A stretch of 64,000 nt of DNA from Candidatus Nomurabacteria bacterium (GCA_031425235.1 JANPIZ010000008.1:27377-91376), one strand, 5' to 3'; shown: positions 8,732-20,103, numbered from the stretch's first letter. Made by a program: numbers and translations. The notes: generated by a model from the sequence alone, not told the origin.

Positions 8732-9280
8732 ATGGACATAAAAGATTTAACAAAAACACAGCTGATATTACTTGCAGTATTGCTTTCTTTTGTCACTTCT
8801 ATTGCCACAGGGATCACAACTGTAACTTTAATGCAGCAAGCACCGTCATCACTAACAGTACCGCTCACTCAGATAGTACGACAAACTGTCGAGAAAGTGG
8901 CACCAAATACAGCTATTAAAACGGCTGCAACCCCTGCCTTATCAGATGACCAAAAAAAATTACTAGAGGATTTAAAGGCTATTAAACCCCTTACCGTCAC
9001 TTTAATTTTAAAAGGGGACACTCCCGACAAAGACAGGGTACTAGGTACAGGATTATTTTTAGGGGATAATAAAGTTGTCATCGCATCGCTTATACCTTCG
9101 CCAAAAGAAGGGGAAACATATATAGTTCGATCAGTGTTAGGAGAACAAAATGTATCTAAAGTAACGCAAGAGAAAGATTTTACAAGTATTGAGCTCGTAA
9201 AAACAGAGTCAAACAGTAATCCTCCTGTCAGCACTGATCCTGTTGCGCCAACTGAATCAGGAACACCAGTTTCGCAGTAG
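8732..9280 (+). CDS. Membrane-anchored hypothetical protein, possibly a degenerate trypsin-like fold
   Basis: DLTKTQLILLAVLLSFVTSIATGITTV TM segment; VLGTGLFLG strand with no evident catalytic His/Ser. Confidence 0.65.
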   Translation: MDIKDLTKTQLILLAVLLSFVTSIATGITTVTLMQQAPSSLTVPLTQIVRQTVEKVAPNTAIKTAATPALSDDQKKLLEDLKAIKPLTVTLILKGDTPDKDRVLGTGLFLGDNKVVIASLIPSPKEGETYIVRSVLGEQNVSKVTQEKDFTSIELVKTESNSNPPVSTDPVAPTESGTPVSQ

Positions 9281-9333
9281 TGCTTGACAGCTGGTGTATA
9301 ATATAGAATATAGGAGTAGAAGAAATAAAATAT

Positions 9334-12048
9334 ATGCCACCATTAAATAAATTTACAACTAAAGCCAAAGACGCAATAAAAAAAGCTCACGAGCTCGCTA
9401 TTGAACGAGGCGTAAACCATGTATCTTCATTACACCTACTCGCAGCACTTCTCCTTGCTGAAGAAAGCATGGTGAATTCGATTTTGGATAAGCTCGAAGT
9501 AGATACGATGCTTCTTACTGACTCAATACTTGAAATGATCGAATTGCCAGAAACTCGCAGTACTATTTCGCCTGCATATCAGATATATTTAAACCCCGAT
9601 TTGGCCCAGGTCATCGAGCAATCTGTTAAAATCGCTGAATACATGAAAGATGATTTTGTTTCGACTGAGCATCTTTTTATTGCAATTCTTGAAGTCACGA
9701 GTGAAGCCCGCGAAACGCTTGCGCGATTTAGAATTCAAAAAGACGCAGTGATGAAAGTTCTCGAAGAGCTTCGACGTGACAATATCACTGATGCGAGTGA
9801 ACCTAAAAAGTTTAAACTTTTGGTAAAATATACTCGAAACCTCACGAAGCTTGCTAAAGAAGATAAACTCGACCCAGTTATCGGTCGGGACAATGAAATA
9901 ACCCGCATTATGCAAATACTTTCGCGCCGTACTAAAAATAATCCCATCTTGATCGGGGAGGCGGGTACTGGTAAAACAGCGGTTGTAGAAGGATTGGCTG
10001 AACGAATAGTAAAGGGTAATGTGCCTGAGTCTCTAAAAGAAAAAGAGCTTGTATCACTTGACCTAGGTATGCTCGTGGCCGGAACAAAATACCGCGGTGA
10101 ATTTGAAGAACGACTCAAAGGTATTATGAAAGAAATAGAACGCTCTGATGGAAAGGTTATTCTTTTTATTGATGAAATTCACACTATCGTTGGCGCCGGA
10201 GGAGCCGAGGGCACCATGGATGCTTCAAATATGTTAAAGCCAGTACTCGCGCGAGGTGAATTGCGGGCAATTGGAGCTACGACACTTCGTGAATATCAAA
10301 AACATATCGAAAAAGACCCGGCGCTTGCACGGCGTTTTCAGCCAGTTTATATTGATGAACCAAACATCGAAGATGCGATAACAATACTTCGTGGACTGAA
10401 AGAAAAGTACGAACTTTTCCATGGTGTTCGCATTACTGATGATGCAATTATATCTGCGGTAAATTTATCAGCTCGATATATCACCAACAGGTTTCTACCT
10501 GACAAGGCGGTTGATCTCATTGACGAAGCTTCTTCATCCCTTAAAATCATGCTAGAAAACAAGCCTCCAGTTTTGGAAGATGCACATCGAAAGATCATGC
10601 GGTTTGAAATAGAAAAAGAAGCGCTTAAAAAAGAAGTAGCTGTTCTTGGCGCTGATAAAAATAAAGAAAATAAAGAAAAACTGACTGAAATAAAAAATAG
10701 ATTAAAAGAAGTCGAGAAAGAAATAGCTAATCTTCAGGAAAAAACTAAGGAGCTTGAACTCAAGTGGAACAATGAAAAAGCTATAGTCATTGAAATTCGC
10801 GAAATTAAAAAAGAACTCGAAACTGTCCGACTTGAAGCTGAAGATGCTGAAATGAACTCTGATCTTTCTCGCGTAGCTGAAATCAGGTACGGCAAGATAC
10901 CTGAGCTCAAGAAGGAGCTTGATATAAAACTTGCCCGTTTGAAAAAATTACAAAAATCCCGAAGGATTCTAAAAGAAGAAATAACCACAGAAGACATCGC
11001 CGAAGTAGTGGCTCGCTGGACAGGTATTCCACTTACTAAAATGCTGGAGGAAGAGCGTGAAAAGCTTGAGAAAATGGAAGCGGAGCTCAAGAAGCGTGTC
11101 ATAGGACAAGACGATGCCATCACTCGTGTGGCTGACGTCATCAGACGTAATCGGGCTGGTGTAGGAGATCCGAACAGACCAATCGGTTCATTTATATTTC
11201 TCGGTCCTACTGGCGTCGGAAAAACTGAACTTACAAAAACCTTAGGACAATCTATATTTAACGACGATAAAGCTATCATTCGTGTAGATATGTCTGAATA
11301 CATGGAGCGTCATTCTATTTCGAAGCTCATAGGCTCACCTCCTGGCTATGTGGGCTACGACGAGGCAGGACAGCTTACGGAATCAGTTCGTCATCGACCA
11401 TACTCAGTTATTTTGTTTGATGAAATAGAAAAAGCTCACCCAGAAGTTTTTAATATGCTCCTTCAAGTTATTGACGAAGGTCGACTCACTGACGGCAAAG
11501 GACGAGTAGTAAATTTTAAAAACACTATTATTGTTCTCACTTCGAACATTGGTTCACAGTACGTGGAGAAGATGGAGTCGATTGGATTTTCCAATAATTC
11601 TGACACACAAGACTACCGCAACATGAAAGATAAAATAATGGAAGCTCTTAAAGACAAATTCCGTCCCGAATTTTTGAATCGACTTGATGAAATTATAGTG
11701 TTCGATATCTTATCCCAAGAAGCTATAGCTGAAATAGTAAAACTTCGCATCAAAGTGGTGCAGGATCGGTTGCTTCTAAAGGGAATTAATTTCGAAATTT
11801 CCGATGACGCCCTTATGTATCTGGCGAAAGAAGGCTACGATCCGCATTATGGCGCACGACCACTTAATCGCTTAATTCAAAATAAAATTTTGAATTCCGT
11901 GGCTACATACATCATCTCTAATAAGTTGAAGAAAGGGGACAAAGTGACGGTCTCCCTCAAGAACAACGAGCTTTTGATTGAGAATAAAAAAGGAGGGTCG
12001 GCTAAAATAAAAAGCCCTATCCACGTGCGACCAAGATCGTCGGTATAA
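9334..12048 (+). CDS. clpB: AAA+ disaggregase ClpB
   Basis: Two Walker A motifs ([16 protein letters not shown]), long coiled-coil middle domain, YGARPL. Confidence 0.95.
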   Translation: MPPLNKFTTKAKDAIKKAHELAIERGVNHVSSLHLLAALLLAEESMVNSILDKLEVDTMLLTDSILEMIELPETRSTISPAYQIYLNPDLAQVIEQSVKIAEYMKDDFVSTEHLFIAILEVTSEARETLARFRIQKDAVMKVLEELRRDNITDASEPKKFKLLVKYTRNLTKLAKEDKLDPVIGRDNEITRIMQILSRRTKNNPILIGEAGTGKTAVVEGLAERIVKGNVPESLKEKELVSLDLGMLVAGTKYRGEFEERLKGIMKEIERSDGKVILFIDEIHTIVGAGGAEGTMDASNMLKPVLARGELRAIGATTLREYQKHIEKDPALARRFQPVYIDEPNIEDAITILRGLKEKYELFHGVRITDDAIISAVNLSARYITNRFLPDKAVDLIDEASSSLKIMLENKPPVLEDAHRKIMRFEIEKEALKKEVAVLGADKNKENKEKLTEIKNRLKEVEKEIANLQEKTKELELKWNNEKAIVIEIREIKKELETVRLEAEDAEMNSDLSRVAEIRYGKIPELKKELDIKLARLKKLQKSRRILKEEITTEDIAEVVARWTGIPLTKMLEEEREKLEKMEAELKKRVIGQDDAITRVADVIRRNRAGVGDPNRPIGSFIFLGPTGVGKTELTKTLGQSIFNDDKAIIRVDMSEYMERHSISKLIGSPPGYVGYDEAGQLTESVRHRPYSVILFDEIEKAHPEVFNMLLQVIDEGRLTDGKGRVVNFKNTIIVLTSNIGSQYVEKMESIGFSNNSDTQDYRNMKDKIMEALKDKFRPEFLNRLDEIIVFDILSQEAIAEIVKLRIKVVQDRLLLKGINFEISDDALMYLAKEGYDPHYGARPLNRLIQNKILNSVATYIISNKLKKGDKVTVSLKNNELLIENKKGGSAKIKSPIHVRPRSSV

Positions 12049-12207
12049 CTGTGGTAAATGATTTTTTAAGTTTAAAAGTTGCTCAATATCATATTTATCC
12101 ACAGTTACGTTGTTGCAAAAAAGTCCAAATAAGTATATACTTAAGTAACTTAAGTATATAGTCGATGTATACAAAAGTCAATCATTACAAGTTTAAATTA
12201 ATTTTTT

Positions 12208-12798
12208 ATGAACAAAAATACATTAATAGCAATAATCGTTATTGTGGTAGTAGTCGGTGCTTTAGTTGCTTGGTCTCAATCAAGTAAACCTGAAGAGACC
12301 GGTGACGCAATGATGAAACAAGAAAATTCTATGATGAATGACAACCAAGAAGAAGGAGTTATGGTAGGAGGTGCACTTATGATACGTAGCCGTGATATCG
12401 TCGACAACGCAGTACTTGCAAACAATGTGACTACAGTTGTGGCCGCTGTTAAAGCAGCTGGTTTGGTTGACACACTAAAGAGCGCAGGACCTTTCACGGT
12501 GTTTGCTCCAAGTGATTCAGCTTTTGCTAAGCTTCCGGCTGGCACAGTTGAGACTTTGGTAAAGCCTGAAAATAAAGCGACTTTGACAAACATCCTTACA
12601 TATCACGTTGTAGCAGGTAGATACACATCAGCTGATTTAAAAGACGGCATGATGCTAAAAACTGTTCAAGGACAAGAACTTAAAGTGACTGTAAAAGATG
12701 GAAACATCTGGGTTAATGACGCAATGGTAGAAACAGCAGATGTTATCTCTAGCAATGGAGTTACATTTGTGATCGATACTGTGTTAATGCCTAAATAA
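12208..12798 (+). CDS. Fasciclin (FAS1) domain protein with N-terminal anchor
   Basis: AAGLVDTL[16 protein letters not shown], ILTYHVV, NGV[10 protein letters not shown]. Confidence 0.92.
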   Translation: MNKNTLIAIIVIVVVVGALVAWSQSSKPEETGDAMMKQENSMMNDNQEEGVMVGGALMIRSRDIVDNAVLANNVTTVVAAVKAAGLVDTLKSAGPFTVFAPSDSAFAKLPAGTVETLVKPENKATLTNILTYHVVAGRYTSADLKDGMMLKTVQGQELKVTVKDGNIWVNDAMVETADVISSNGVTFVIDTVLMPK

Positions 12799-12826
12799 TC
12801 TTCAGCTTATATAGTTTAAATTTTCG

Positions 12827-12864
12827 AAAAACAAAACCCCTGTATAAGGGGTTTTGTTTTTTTT
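12827..12864. terminator. Bidirectional intrinsic terminator
   Basis: aaaaacaaaacccc-tgtataa-ggggttttgttttt between convergent fasciclin and tRNA-Tyr genes. Confidence 0.75.
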
Positions 12865-12865
12865 G

Positions 12866-12948
12866 TGCGTCGGGAAGGATTCGAACCTTCGTAGCCCGGA
12901 GGCGACAGATTTACAGTCTGTTGTAATTGACCACTCTACCACCGACGC
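12866..12948 (-). tRNA. tRNA-Tyr(GTA)
   Basis: GCGTCGGTGGTAGAGTGGTCAA...ACAGA-CTGTAAA-TCTGT...GGTTCGAATCC. Confidence 0.95.
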
Positions 12949-13032
12949 ATTATATATGCCAATACAAAATAGCACAAAATTATATTTTTTGCATCTTTCT
13001 AGGGTTAAATTTGTTATAATAAATACACCACT

Positions 13033-13329
13033 ATGACTAAGCAATGCGTTTGTATAGTTTCCGGTAAAGTACAAGGAGTTTTATTCCGGGATTTTACCTG
13101 TCGTTTAGCAAAGAGGCTTCTACTTACAGGCACAGTGGAAAATTTACCCGATGGGAAGGTCAAGGTTATTGTCGAAGGGGATATGGTAAAACTAGGTGGC
13201 CTTCTTTTACAGCTACAAAAAGGCCCAATACTTGCCAAAGTAAAAGATATGAAAGTCGACTGGCGAGAGCCAAGTAACTTGTTTTCAAATTTCAAAATTC
13301 TTTACCATGGATTTTTAGATCACTTTTAA
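13033..13329 (+). CDS. acyP: Acylphosphatase
   Basis: VSGKVQGVLFR, GTVENLPDGKV, LQKGP. Confidence 0.9.
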   Translation: MTKQCVCIVSGKVQGVLFRDFTCRLAKRLLLTGTVENLPDGKVKVIVEGDMVKLGGLLLQLQKGPILAKVKDMKVDWREPSNLFSNFKILYHGFLDHF

Positions 13330-13433
13330 CCATAAACTTGTTGTTTTTCAAAAAGTATGTTATTATTTTAGAGTGTGAAAAAGGCGACAGAGCCTTTTTT
13401 TGTTTGATTAATAAGCTTTAACATAAAATATGT

Positions 13434-15251
13434 ATGGAAATTAGGAATATAGCAATTATAGCTCACGTGGACCATGGGAAAACGACTTTAACAGATGCTT
13501 TAATGAAGCAAAATGGTGGCAATTCTCCCGAAGGAGTTTCGATGGACTCGAACGATTTGGAAAAAGAGCGCGGTATTACGATATATTCGAAGAACACATC
13601 GATTTATTACAAAGATACAAAAATAAACATAGTGGATACCCCAGGCCACGCTGATTTCGGCTCGGAGGTGGAGCGTGTGCTTCGTGCTATCGACTCTGTA
13701 CTTTTACTCGTCGATGCTGTTGAAGGTCCAATGCCGCAAACTCGTTTCGTTTTGAAAAAGTCTCTCGAACTAGGGTTGAAGCCCATCGTAATAATAAATA
13801 AAATCGACAAACCAGCTGCTGACCCGCATCGAGTGCATGACGAGGTACTCGAATTATTTTTTGAATTAGGGGCTACAGATGATCAAGCAAACTTTGAAAC
13901 TATGTATGCGATCGGACGCGAAGGTAAAGCATTTAGAAAGCTTGGTGATGAATCAAGTGACCTATCTCCACTTCTTGATCTTATTTTGGAAAAAGTTCCC
14001 CCTGTTTCTATAAACGAAGGTGAAAAAATGTCAGCACAGGTTTTTAACTTAGGGTATGATAACTTCTTGGGACGTATGGCTATCTGCAGAATATATTCAG
14101 GAAAAATAGTTTCAGGGAGTAATGTATTTGTAAAAGGTAATATCGAAGGTCAGGCTGGGACACGAAAAGGAAAACTCACTAAACTTTTTTCTTTCGAAGG
14201 TATTTCTCGTAAAGATGTAGAGTCTGCTACTTCTGGCGACATCGTCATGATCTCAGGTATTCCCGACATCTACATCGGAGAAACAATTTGTGAAGATGAA
14301 TCAGTTGAACCCCTTCCACACATTGCGATCGATGAACCGACACTCTCGCTCAACTTTTTGGTGAATGATTCTCCTTTTGCAGGTACTGAAGGAAAGTTCG
14401 TAACCTCACGACAAATAAAAGAGCGACTCGAAAAAGAACTCGAAATAAATGTGGGACTTAAAGTCGACTTTTCTCCGGAGCAAGGCGATAAGGGCGGGCC
14501 AAGCTTCTTTAAAGTGTATGGACGAGGTGAACTTCACATCGCTATTCTATTAGAAAATATGCGACGCGAGGGTTTTGAAATGCAAGTATCTCAACCTGAG
14601 GTTATCGTGAAAGAAGAAAATGGAAAGAAAAAGGAACCTTATGAGGAACTTGTGATCGATGTGCCTATGGAATTTTCTGGGACAGTTATTGAAAAGATAG
14701 GAAAACGAAGAGGTGTGATGAAAGACATGGTAGAGAAAAATTCTATTGCTCGAATTATATTCAATATACCGACTCGTGGACTTCTCGGGTATCGAGGTGA
14801 ATTTATTATTGATACAAAAGGTGAGGGAATCATGAGTTCACGTGTTACGGGATTCGAAGAATATGCAGGAGAAATAAAAAAACGATCATATGGCTCGATG
14901 ACGTCGATGGTTGCAGGTAAGGCAGTCGCCTTTTCCTTGGCAAACTTGCAAGAACGTGGTATACTATATATCGAACATGGAAGCGCAGTATATGAAGGAA
15001 TGGTTGTGGGAAATGTGTTAAAAGGTGAAGACATGGCAGTGAACCCAACTAAGGGTAAACAGCTCACAAACATGCGAGCTTCAGGCACAGATGAGTCTAT
15101 AAGCTTGAATCCAGTGTTTATACTCAGTATCGAACGTGGTCTTGAAGTGATGAACAATGATGAATATCTCGAAGTCACTCCACAATCTGTAAGACTAAGA
15201 AAGAAATATCTGACTGAACAAAGTAGAATGAAAAGTAATGTTAAGAAATAG
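13434..15251 (+). CDS. typA: Translational GTPase TypA/BipA
   Basis: [44 protein letters not shown]. Confidence 0.96.
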   Translation: MEIRNIAIIAHVDHGKTTLTDALMKQNGGNSPEGVSMDSNDLEKERGITIYSKNTSIYYKDTKINIVDTPGHADFGSEVERVLRAIDSVLLLVDAVEGPMPQTRFVLKKSLELGLKPIVIINKIDKPAADPHRVHDEVLELFFELGATDDQANFETMYAIGREGKAFRKLGDESSDLSPLLDLILEKVPPVSINEGEKMSAQVFNLGYDNFLGRMAICRIYSGKIVSGSNVFVKGNIEGQAGTRKGKLTKLFSFEGISRKDVESATSGDIVMISGIPDIYIGETICEDESVEPLPHIAIDEPTLSLNFLVNDSPFAGTEGKFVTSRQIKERLEKELEINVGLKVDFSPEQGDKGGPSFFKVYGRGELHIAILLENMRREGFEMQVSQPEVIVKEENGKKKEPYEELVIDVPMEFSGTVIEKIGKRRGVMKDMVEKNSIARIIFNIPTRGLLGYRGEFIIDTKGEGIMSSRVTGFEEYAGEIKKRSYGSMTSMVAGKAVAFSLANLQERGILYIEHGSAVYEGMVVGNVLKGEDMAVNPTKGKQLTNMRASGTDESISLNPVFILSIERGLEVMNNDEYLEVTPQSVRLRKKYLTEQSRMKSNVKK

Positions 15252-15277
15252 AAAGCATATATAAAAAAATAAAATTT

Positions 15278-16309
15278 ATGTCAAAAATATCTTTCAAACC
15301 AAAAAAAGTTACTAAAAAAATAATTTCGCATCTTACTGATCGTTCTTTTGACGTTATTATGAATCGTTTTGGCTTGACGGCCGACGGTAAACGAAAAACA
15401 CTCGAGGAAATAGGTAAAAAGTATAAAATAACTCGTGAACGTGTTCGTCAAATCGAAGACGTCGCTATACATGCAATTAAAAAATCTGATGCATACAAAA
15501 TAGAGCAGGCAGCATTTGAGGAATTAAGGCAGGTTATAAAAAAACTCGGGAGTATAGTTGCCGAGCATGATCTACTACCTCATATATCCAAAGATAAGTC
15601 TACTCAAAATCACATACACTTTATATTAACTCTCGGCGAATTTTTTAAAAAGCATCGTGAAGACGATCATTTTCACGCACGTTTCAGTATCGACGATGAA
15701 ATAGGTGAAAAAGTACACACAGCTTTGAAAAAATTATACGCCAGCTTAAGCGATGAAGACTTGATACCAGAATCAGAGATGATTAAAAAATTCTTCGAAC
15801 ACATGAAAGACGTTTCTGAGCAATATCGTGACGAAGAAATTGCAAAGCGTTGGCTTTCAATGTCAAAAGATGTGGCCAAAAATCCTTTTGGAGAATGGGG
15901 TCGCGCATCTTCACCGAATGTTCGTACTCGCGGAGTCAAAGACTATGCATTTTTAGTTATGCGACGCCATGGATCACCTATGCATTTTAAGGAAGTAGCA
16001 AATTCAATTTCAAAAACTTTCAATAAAAAAGTACACTACGCTACATGCCACAACGAACTGATAAAAGATTCTCGTTTTGTCTTGGTTGGCCGAGGTATGT
16101 ATGCTTTAGCTGAATGGGGTTATAAAGCTGGCACTGCGCGGGAAGTTATTACTGAAATTTTAAAGCGTGAAGGCCCACTCTCAAAGGAAGACGTAATTGA
16201 AAAAGTAAACAAAGAAAGGTATTTCAAGAAAAATACAATTCTCGTAAACCTTGTGAATACCAAGTATTTCAAAAGTGATAAAGACGGACTCTATAATCTG
16301 ACTGCGTAG
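15278..16309 (+). CDS. Sigma70-region-4-like HTH fused to C-terminal winged-helix (HARE-HTH-like) domains
   Basis: RFGL...TLEEIG-x-x-Y-x-ITRERVRQIE; PMHF...HNELIKDSRFVLVGRGMYAL-x-EWG. Confidence 0.75.
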   Translation: MSKISFKPKKVTKKIISHLTDRSFDVIMNRFGLTADGKRKTLEEIGKKYKITRERVRQIEDVAIHAIKKSDAYKIEQAAFEELRQVIKKLGSIVAEHDLLPHISKDKSTQNHIHFILTLGEFFKKHREDDHFHARFSIDDEIGEKVHTALKKLYASLSDEDLIPESEMIKKFFEHMKDVSEQYRDEEIAKRWLSMSKDVAKNPFGEWGRASSPNVRTRGVKDYAFLVMRRHGSPMHFKEVANSISKTFNKKVHYATCHNELIKDSRFVLVGRGMYALAEWGYKAGTAREVITEILKREGPLSKEDVIEKVNKERYFKKNTILVNLVNTKYFKSDKDGLYNLTA

Positions 16310-16354
16310 CTCAGTTTGTTTGTTGTTTTAAACTATTTATATTAAACTATATAC

Positions 16355-17767
16355 ATGGAGGCTTTTTTAGATGGTATTGAAGACGCCCTAATGAACTATT
16401 GGCTATGGCTCATAGTTATTATTGTGGGTTATTTTATCTGGAAGTATGGCTATGTCTATGGAATTGTTAAAGCAATTTTACCACTTATTGGAGTCGCTAT
16501 TCTAGGATTCATATCTTTCCGGCTTTGGATGCATTATATTCGGCAAGATTTTATTTCTGGTATTGATTTTGTGCTACTTGAAATTATTCCTCCACGTGAC
16601 GTATTACGCAGCCCAAAAGCGATGGAGCTTTTCTTGGTGAATGCTTTCTATCACTGGAGTTATAAAGGAGGACGAGAAGAGTATTGGCAAGGAGCCGTCT
16701 GGTTTTGGTTTTCTCTTGAGATAGCATCTATTGATGGGCAGGTGCATTTCTATATTCGGACGCCAACCCGTATTCGAGAACTTATAGAGACTCAAATGTA
16801 TGCCCAGTATCCTCAAGCCCAGGTAAAAGTCGTCGAAGATTACACGCTCGCTGTCGATAAAATCTCTCCCGAGAGTGACTGGATGGCTTGGGGGTGCGAA
16901 TGGAACCTCATACGGCACGAAGCATATCCTATAAAAACGTATGTGGATTTTGGACTCGATAAAGACCCAGACGAGGAATATAAAGTCGATCCTATTTCAC
17001 CGGTCATAGAATTATTTGGTTCATTACAAAAAGGTGAACAGATGTGGCTGCAGATAGTTATTACTCCAGACAAAAAACGATATAAAACCAAAGGTACCTG
17101 GTTTGAAACTCATAGCTGGGTGGAGGAAGCACGCGCGGAATTATTGAGGTTATTAGCTCCTTATACGAGTCACAAAGAAGTGAAAGAGATTCACGAAGTA
17201 GGAGTAGGGCGTAGTCGACTCGAAGTCCGTGTACCAGACTTCTTAAAGCGAGCGACTGAAAGAATGAGCGCTAAAACATCAAAAATAGCTTTTGAAACAG
17301 GTATTCGAACTATGTATATCGCCAAAAAAGATGTGTGGTCTATGAACAGTCGTCGAAATATCCGTCTTATCTTTCGTCAGTATGACCAACCCGACGTGAA
17401 CGGACTTGTCCGTATTAACCCGACTCAGGCTGATGCATACAGCGGACTTTTTGGGATGTCGAATGAAAAAGTAATGGTCTTAGCTGATCGAACATTACAT
17501 GAATATCGCGAGCGAGGTTTTTTTCATCTACCACTTCGGCACCATCTTTTCAATACACATACAATTTCGTGGCCACTTGAGAACATAATTTCAGCTTCTG
17601 TGTTGATACAGCCATTTTTCTTGCCATATCGTCACCCTCCTACATATTTCTTAAACGTCGAAGAGCTCGCAACTCTATGGCATTTCCCTGGACAGATATT
17701 GAAAGTTCCTACACTCGAACGTATCGAATCAAAAGAAGCTTCCCCTCCTACCAACTTACCAACATAG
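16355..17767 (+). CDS. Membrane protein resembling the N-terminal partner domain of CPR VirD4-like ATPases
   Basis: Two TM helices, LLEI-x-PP, SPKAME, FSLEIAS, AQYP, LNVEELATLWHFP. Confidence 0.7.
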   Translation: MEAFLDGIEDALMNYWLWLIVIIVGYFIWKYGYVYGIVKAILPLIGVAILGFISFRLWMHYIRQDFISGIDFVLLEIIPPRDVLRSPKAMELFLVNAFYHWSYKGGREEYWQGAVWFWFSLEIASIDGQVHFYIRTPTRIRELIETQMYAQYPQAQVKVVEDYTLAVDKISPESDWMAWGCEWNLIRHEAYPIKTYVDFGLDKDPDEEYKVDPISPVIELFGSLQKGEQMWLQIVITPDKKRYKTKGTWFETHSWVEEARAELLRLLAPYTSHKEVKEIHEVGVGRSRLEVRVPDFLKRATERMSAKTSKIAFETGIRTMYIAKKDVWSMNSRRNIRLIFRQYDQPDVNGLVRINPTQADAYSGLFGMSNEKVMVLADRTLHEYRERGFFHLPLRHHLFNTHTISWPLENIISASVLIQPFFLPYRHPPTYFLNVEELATLWHFPGQILKVPTLERIESKEASPPTNLPT

Positions 17768-17776
17768 CTTTTTTGT

Positions 17777-18712
17777 ATGTTTAAATTTTTCAATCGAGAA
17801 AACAAAATTTTAGAAATTAAACCTCCATCCATGAAAGCAAAAATCATGTATGTGCTTGCTGTTATCATTTTGTTTTTTGCTGTTGGGTATTTTTTCTTTT
17901 TAAGTGCCCCTTCTAACTTCAAGCCAGGAACAGTGTTTCAAATAGAGCCTGGGATGACGCTTCGGAATATTTCTTTGAAATTACAAGAAGAGAACATCAT
18001 TCGTTCGCGGCTTGCTTTTGAGGCTTTTGTGATACTTTTTGGTGGCGATAAACATATACGATACTCAAATTATTTATTTGAAAAGAAGATGTCAGCCTAT
18101 GAAGTCGCAGAGTGGATCGTAAAAGGTGAGCGGTATCGAGCTGCTGTTATAGTCACAATTCCGGAAGGTTTTAATATCAATGAAATTGCTGAGGTCTACG
18201 GATCGAAGTTAATAAATTTTAACAAAGATAATTTCTTTGTAAAAGCGAAAGAAGGTCATCTTTTCCCTGACACGTATTATTTCTTTAGTTCAGCTACGGA
18301 GCTAGATGCAATCGACTCAATGAGTAAAAATTTTGAGAAAAAAATTACCCCCATTCGCCCAGAAATTGTTTCGTCTGGTAGAACTGAGGAAGAAATTATA
18401 ATTATGGCTTCAATTATAGAAAAAGAAGCAAAGGGTGATAACGACCGAGCGCTTATCTCAGGTATTTTATGGAAGCGTCTTCAAAACGGTATGCGTTTGC
18501 AAGTGGATGCAGCACCAGACACGTACAAAATAAAAGGTCTTCCGAAAAATCCGATTAGTAACCCTGGAATAAAAGCGATTAACGCGGCAATATATCCCCA
18601 AACTTCGACATATGTATATTATATACACGGCAAAGATGGGAACACATATTACGCAAAAACATTTGAAGAACATAAAAAAAATATTGCCAAATATTTAAAA
18701 CTTGCCCCGTAG
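17777..18712 (+). CDS. mltG: Endolytic transglycosylase MltG/YceG
   Basis: TIPEG, EG-x-LFPDTY, IMASIIEKE, GMRLQVDA, GLP-x-x-PISNPG. Confidence 0.92.
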   Translation: MFKFFNRENKILEIKPPSMKAKIMYVLAVIILFFAVGYFFFLSAPSNFKPGTVFQIEPGMTLRNISLKLQEENIIRSRLAFEAFVILFGGDKHIRYSNYLFEKKMSAYEVAEWIVKGERYRAAVIVTIPEGFNINEIAEVYGSKLINFNKDNFFVKAKEGHLFPDTYYFFSSATELDAIDSMSKNFEKKITPIRPEIVSSGRTEEEIIIMASIIEKEAKGDNDRALISGILWKRLQNGMRLQVDAAPDTYKIKGLPKNPISNPGIKAINAAIYPQTSTYVYYIHGKDGNTYYAKTFEEHKKNIAKYLKLAP

Positions 18713-18774
18713 TAAATTTTTGATTACACTACATAATCCTGATAGTAATGGTTTAAAATTTTACTACTGGGTAA
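18702..18774. repeat. Palindromic element family A; contains the mltG stop codon
   Basis: ttgccccgtagtaaatttttgattac...gtttaaaattttactactgggtaa. Confidence 0.7.
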
Positions 18775-18777
18775 ACT

Positions 18778-20010
18778 ATGAAGAAAATTATCAAAAAAAA
18801 GAAACAAATAGTATTTGTGGGACTTTCTGGCGGCGTTGACAGCGCGGTCTCTGCAGCATTACTACAAAAAGGTGGATATGAAGTAGTAGGAGTTTTTATT
18901 AAAACATGGCATCCAGAGTTTATAGAATGCAATGAAGAGGCTGAGCGTCTCGATGCTATGCGTGTGGCTGCACACCTCGATATTCCTTACCTTACCTTTG
19001 ATTTTGAGGATGTATATAAAAACGAAGTTGCTGATTATATGATTAGGGAATATAGGGCCGGTCGGACTCCAAACCCTGACGTCATGTGCAATAAGGAAGT
19101 TAAGTTTGGGGCATTCCTAAAAAAAGCGATTTCAATGGGAGCTGATTTTGTGGCGACGGGGCATTATGCACAAAATAAAGTGCAGAATAAAAAAAATAAA
19201 AAACAGATGCTTTTCCACGCTTCGCACTCTATCTTGAACACGGCTGACCGAGCTTTGGTAGCGAATGCCGAAGAAAGCACATCTTTTTTTCTTGCGAAAG
19301 GCGTTGACCCCTCAAAAGATCAAAGTTATTTCTTGTGGACTCTCAACCAAGAACAACTTTCAAAAATTATTTTTCCAATAGGTCATTTGAAAAAGACTGA
19401 AGTGCGTACACGTGCTAAAAAATTTAAACTACCTGTTGCTGAAAAGCACGATAGCCAGGGGATATGTTTTTTGGGCGCAATAGATCTAAAAGAATTTTTG
19501 AAACATTATATAAAACCTAAAAAAGGGAAAGTATTTGATATTAAAGGCAATGAAATTGGGTATCACAATGGTGCAGTATTTTATACACTCGGCGAGCGTC
19601 ATGGATTTGTAATTACAGAAAAAAGTCCAAGCGATGGAGCGTATTATGTTATTGAAAAAGATGTAAAAAATAATGTTTTAATTGTGTCGCAAGACAAAAA
19701 GATACTGCTTTCTCACGTCTCGCACTCTGTCTTGAAAACGTCTGACCGAGCTTTGGATGCGAATGACGCAGAAAGCACATCTTTTTGTCTTGCTCTTGAG
19801 AATGTAAATTGGATTAATAAAACAGGAGAAGAAAATAAAAAATACACAGCCCAGATACGATATCATGGTGAATTTTTGCCATGTAAAATTAAAATAAAAG
19901 AAAAAGGAGAATTTGAAATTATATTTGAAAAACCAGTACTCGTAGCGGCTGGTCAATCATGTGTACTATATGATAAAGACGTTTGCTTGGGCGGCGGCGT
20001 GGTTGTATAA
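18778..20010 (+). CDS. mnmA: tRNA 2-thiouridylase MnmA carrying two in-frame repeat insertions
   Basis: SGGVDS, RTPNPDVMCN, ATGHYA, KDQSYFL, DSQGICF, GQS-x-VLY. Confidence 0.96.
   Translation: MKKIIKKKKQIVFVGLSGGVDSAVSAALLQKGGYEVVGVFIKTWHPEFIECNEEAERLDAMRVAAHLDIPYLTFDFEDVYKNEVADYMIREYRAGRTPNPDVMCNKEVKFGAFLKKAISMGADFVATGHYAQNKVQNKKNKKQMLFHASHSILNTADRALVANAEESTSFFLAKGVDPSKDQSYFLWTLNQEQLSKIIFPIGHLKKTEVRTRAKKFKLPVAEKHDSQGICFLGAIDLKEFLKHYIKPKKGKVFDIKGNEIGYHNGAVFYTLGERHGFVITEKSPSDGAYYVIEKDVKNNVLIVSQDKKILLSHVSHSVLKTSDRALDANDAESTSFCLALENVNWINKTGEENKKYTAQIRYHGEFLPCKIKIKEKGEFEIIFEKPVLVAAGQSCVLYDKDVCLGGGVVV
19205..19295 (+). repeat. In-frame palindromic insertion in mnmA, copy 1 (family B)
   Basis: agatgcttttcc...gaaagcacatct; peptide MLFHASHSILNTADRALVANAEESTSF. 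Confidence 0.8.
19689..19793 (+). repeat. In-frame palindromic insertion in mnmA, copy 2 (family B)
   Basis: 15-bp inverted ends gcaagacaaaaagat / atctttttgtcttgc; peptide LLSHVSHSVLKTSDRALDANDAESTSF. Confidence 0.85.
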
Positions 20011-20103
20011 ATCATACCCTTGAAATTTTATTCATAGTATGGTATAAATTATTTGCCTTGCGGGAAAATATACCGTGAGAGAAAACTAATAGGAGGGGTT
20101 ATA

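Noticed and set aside
12046-12103. Replication origin
   Set aside because: Only one perfect DnaA box and one imperfect partner; no dnaA/dnaN or box cluster.
14470-14510. Possible repeat insertion in typA ([10 protein letters not shown], locally GC-rich)
   Set aside because: No clear palindrome or match to families A-C; may be an ordinary variable loop.
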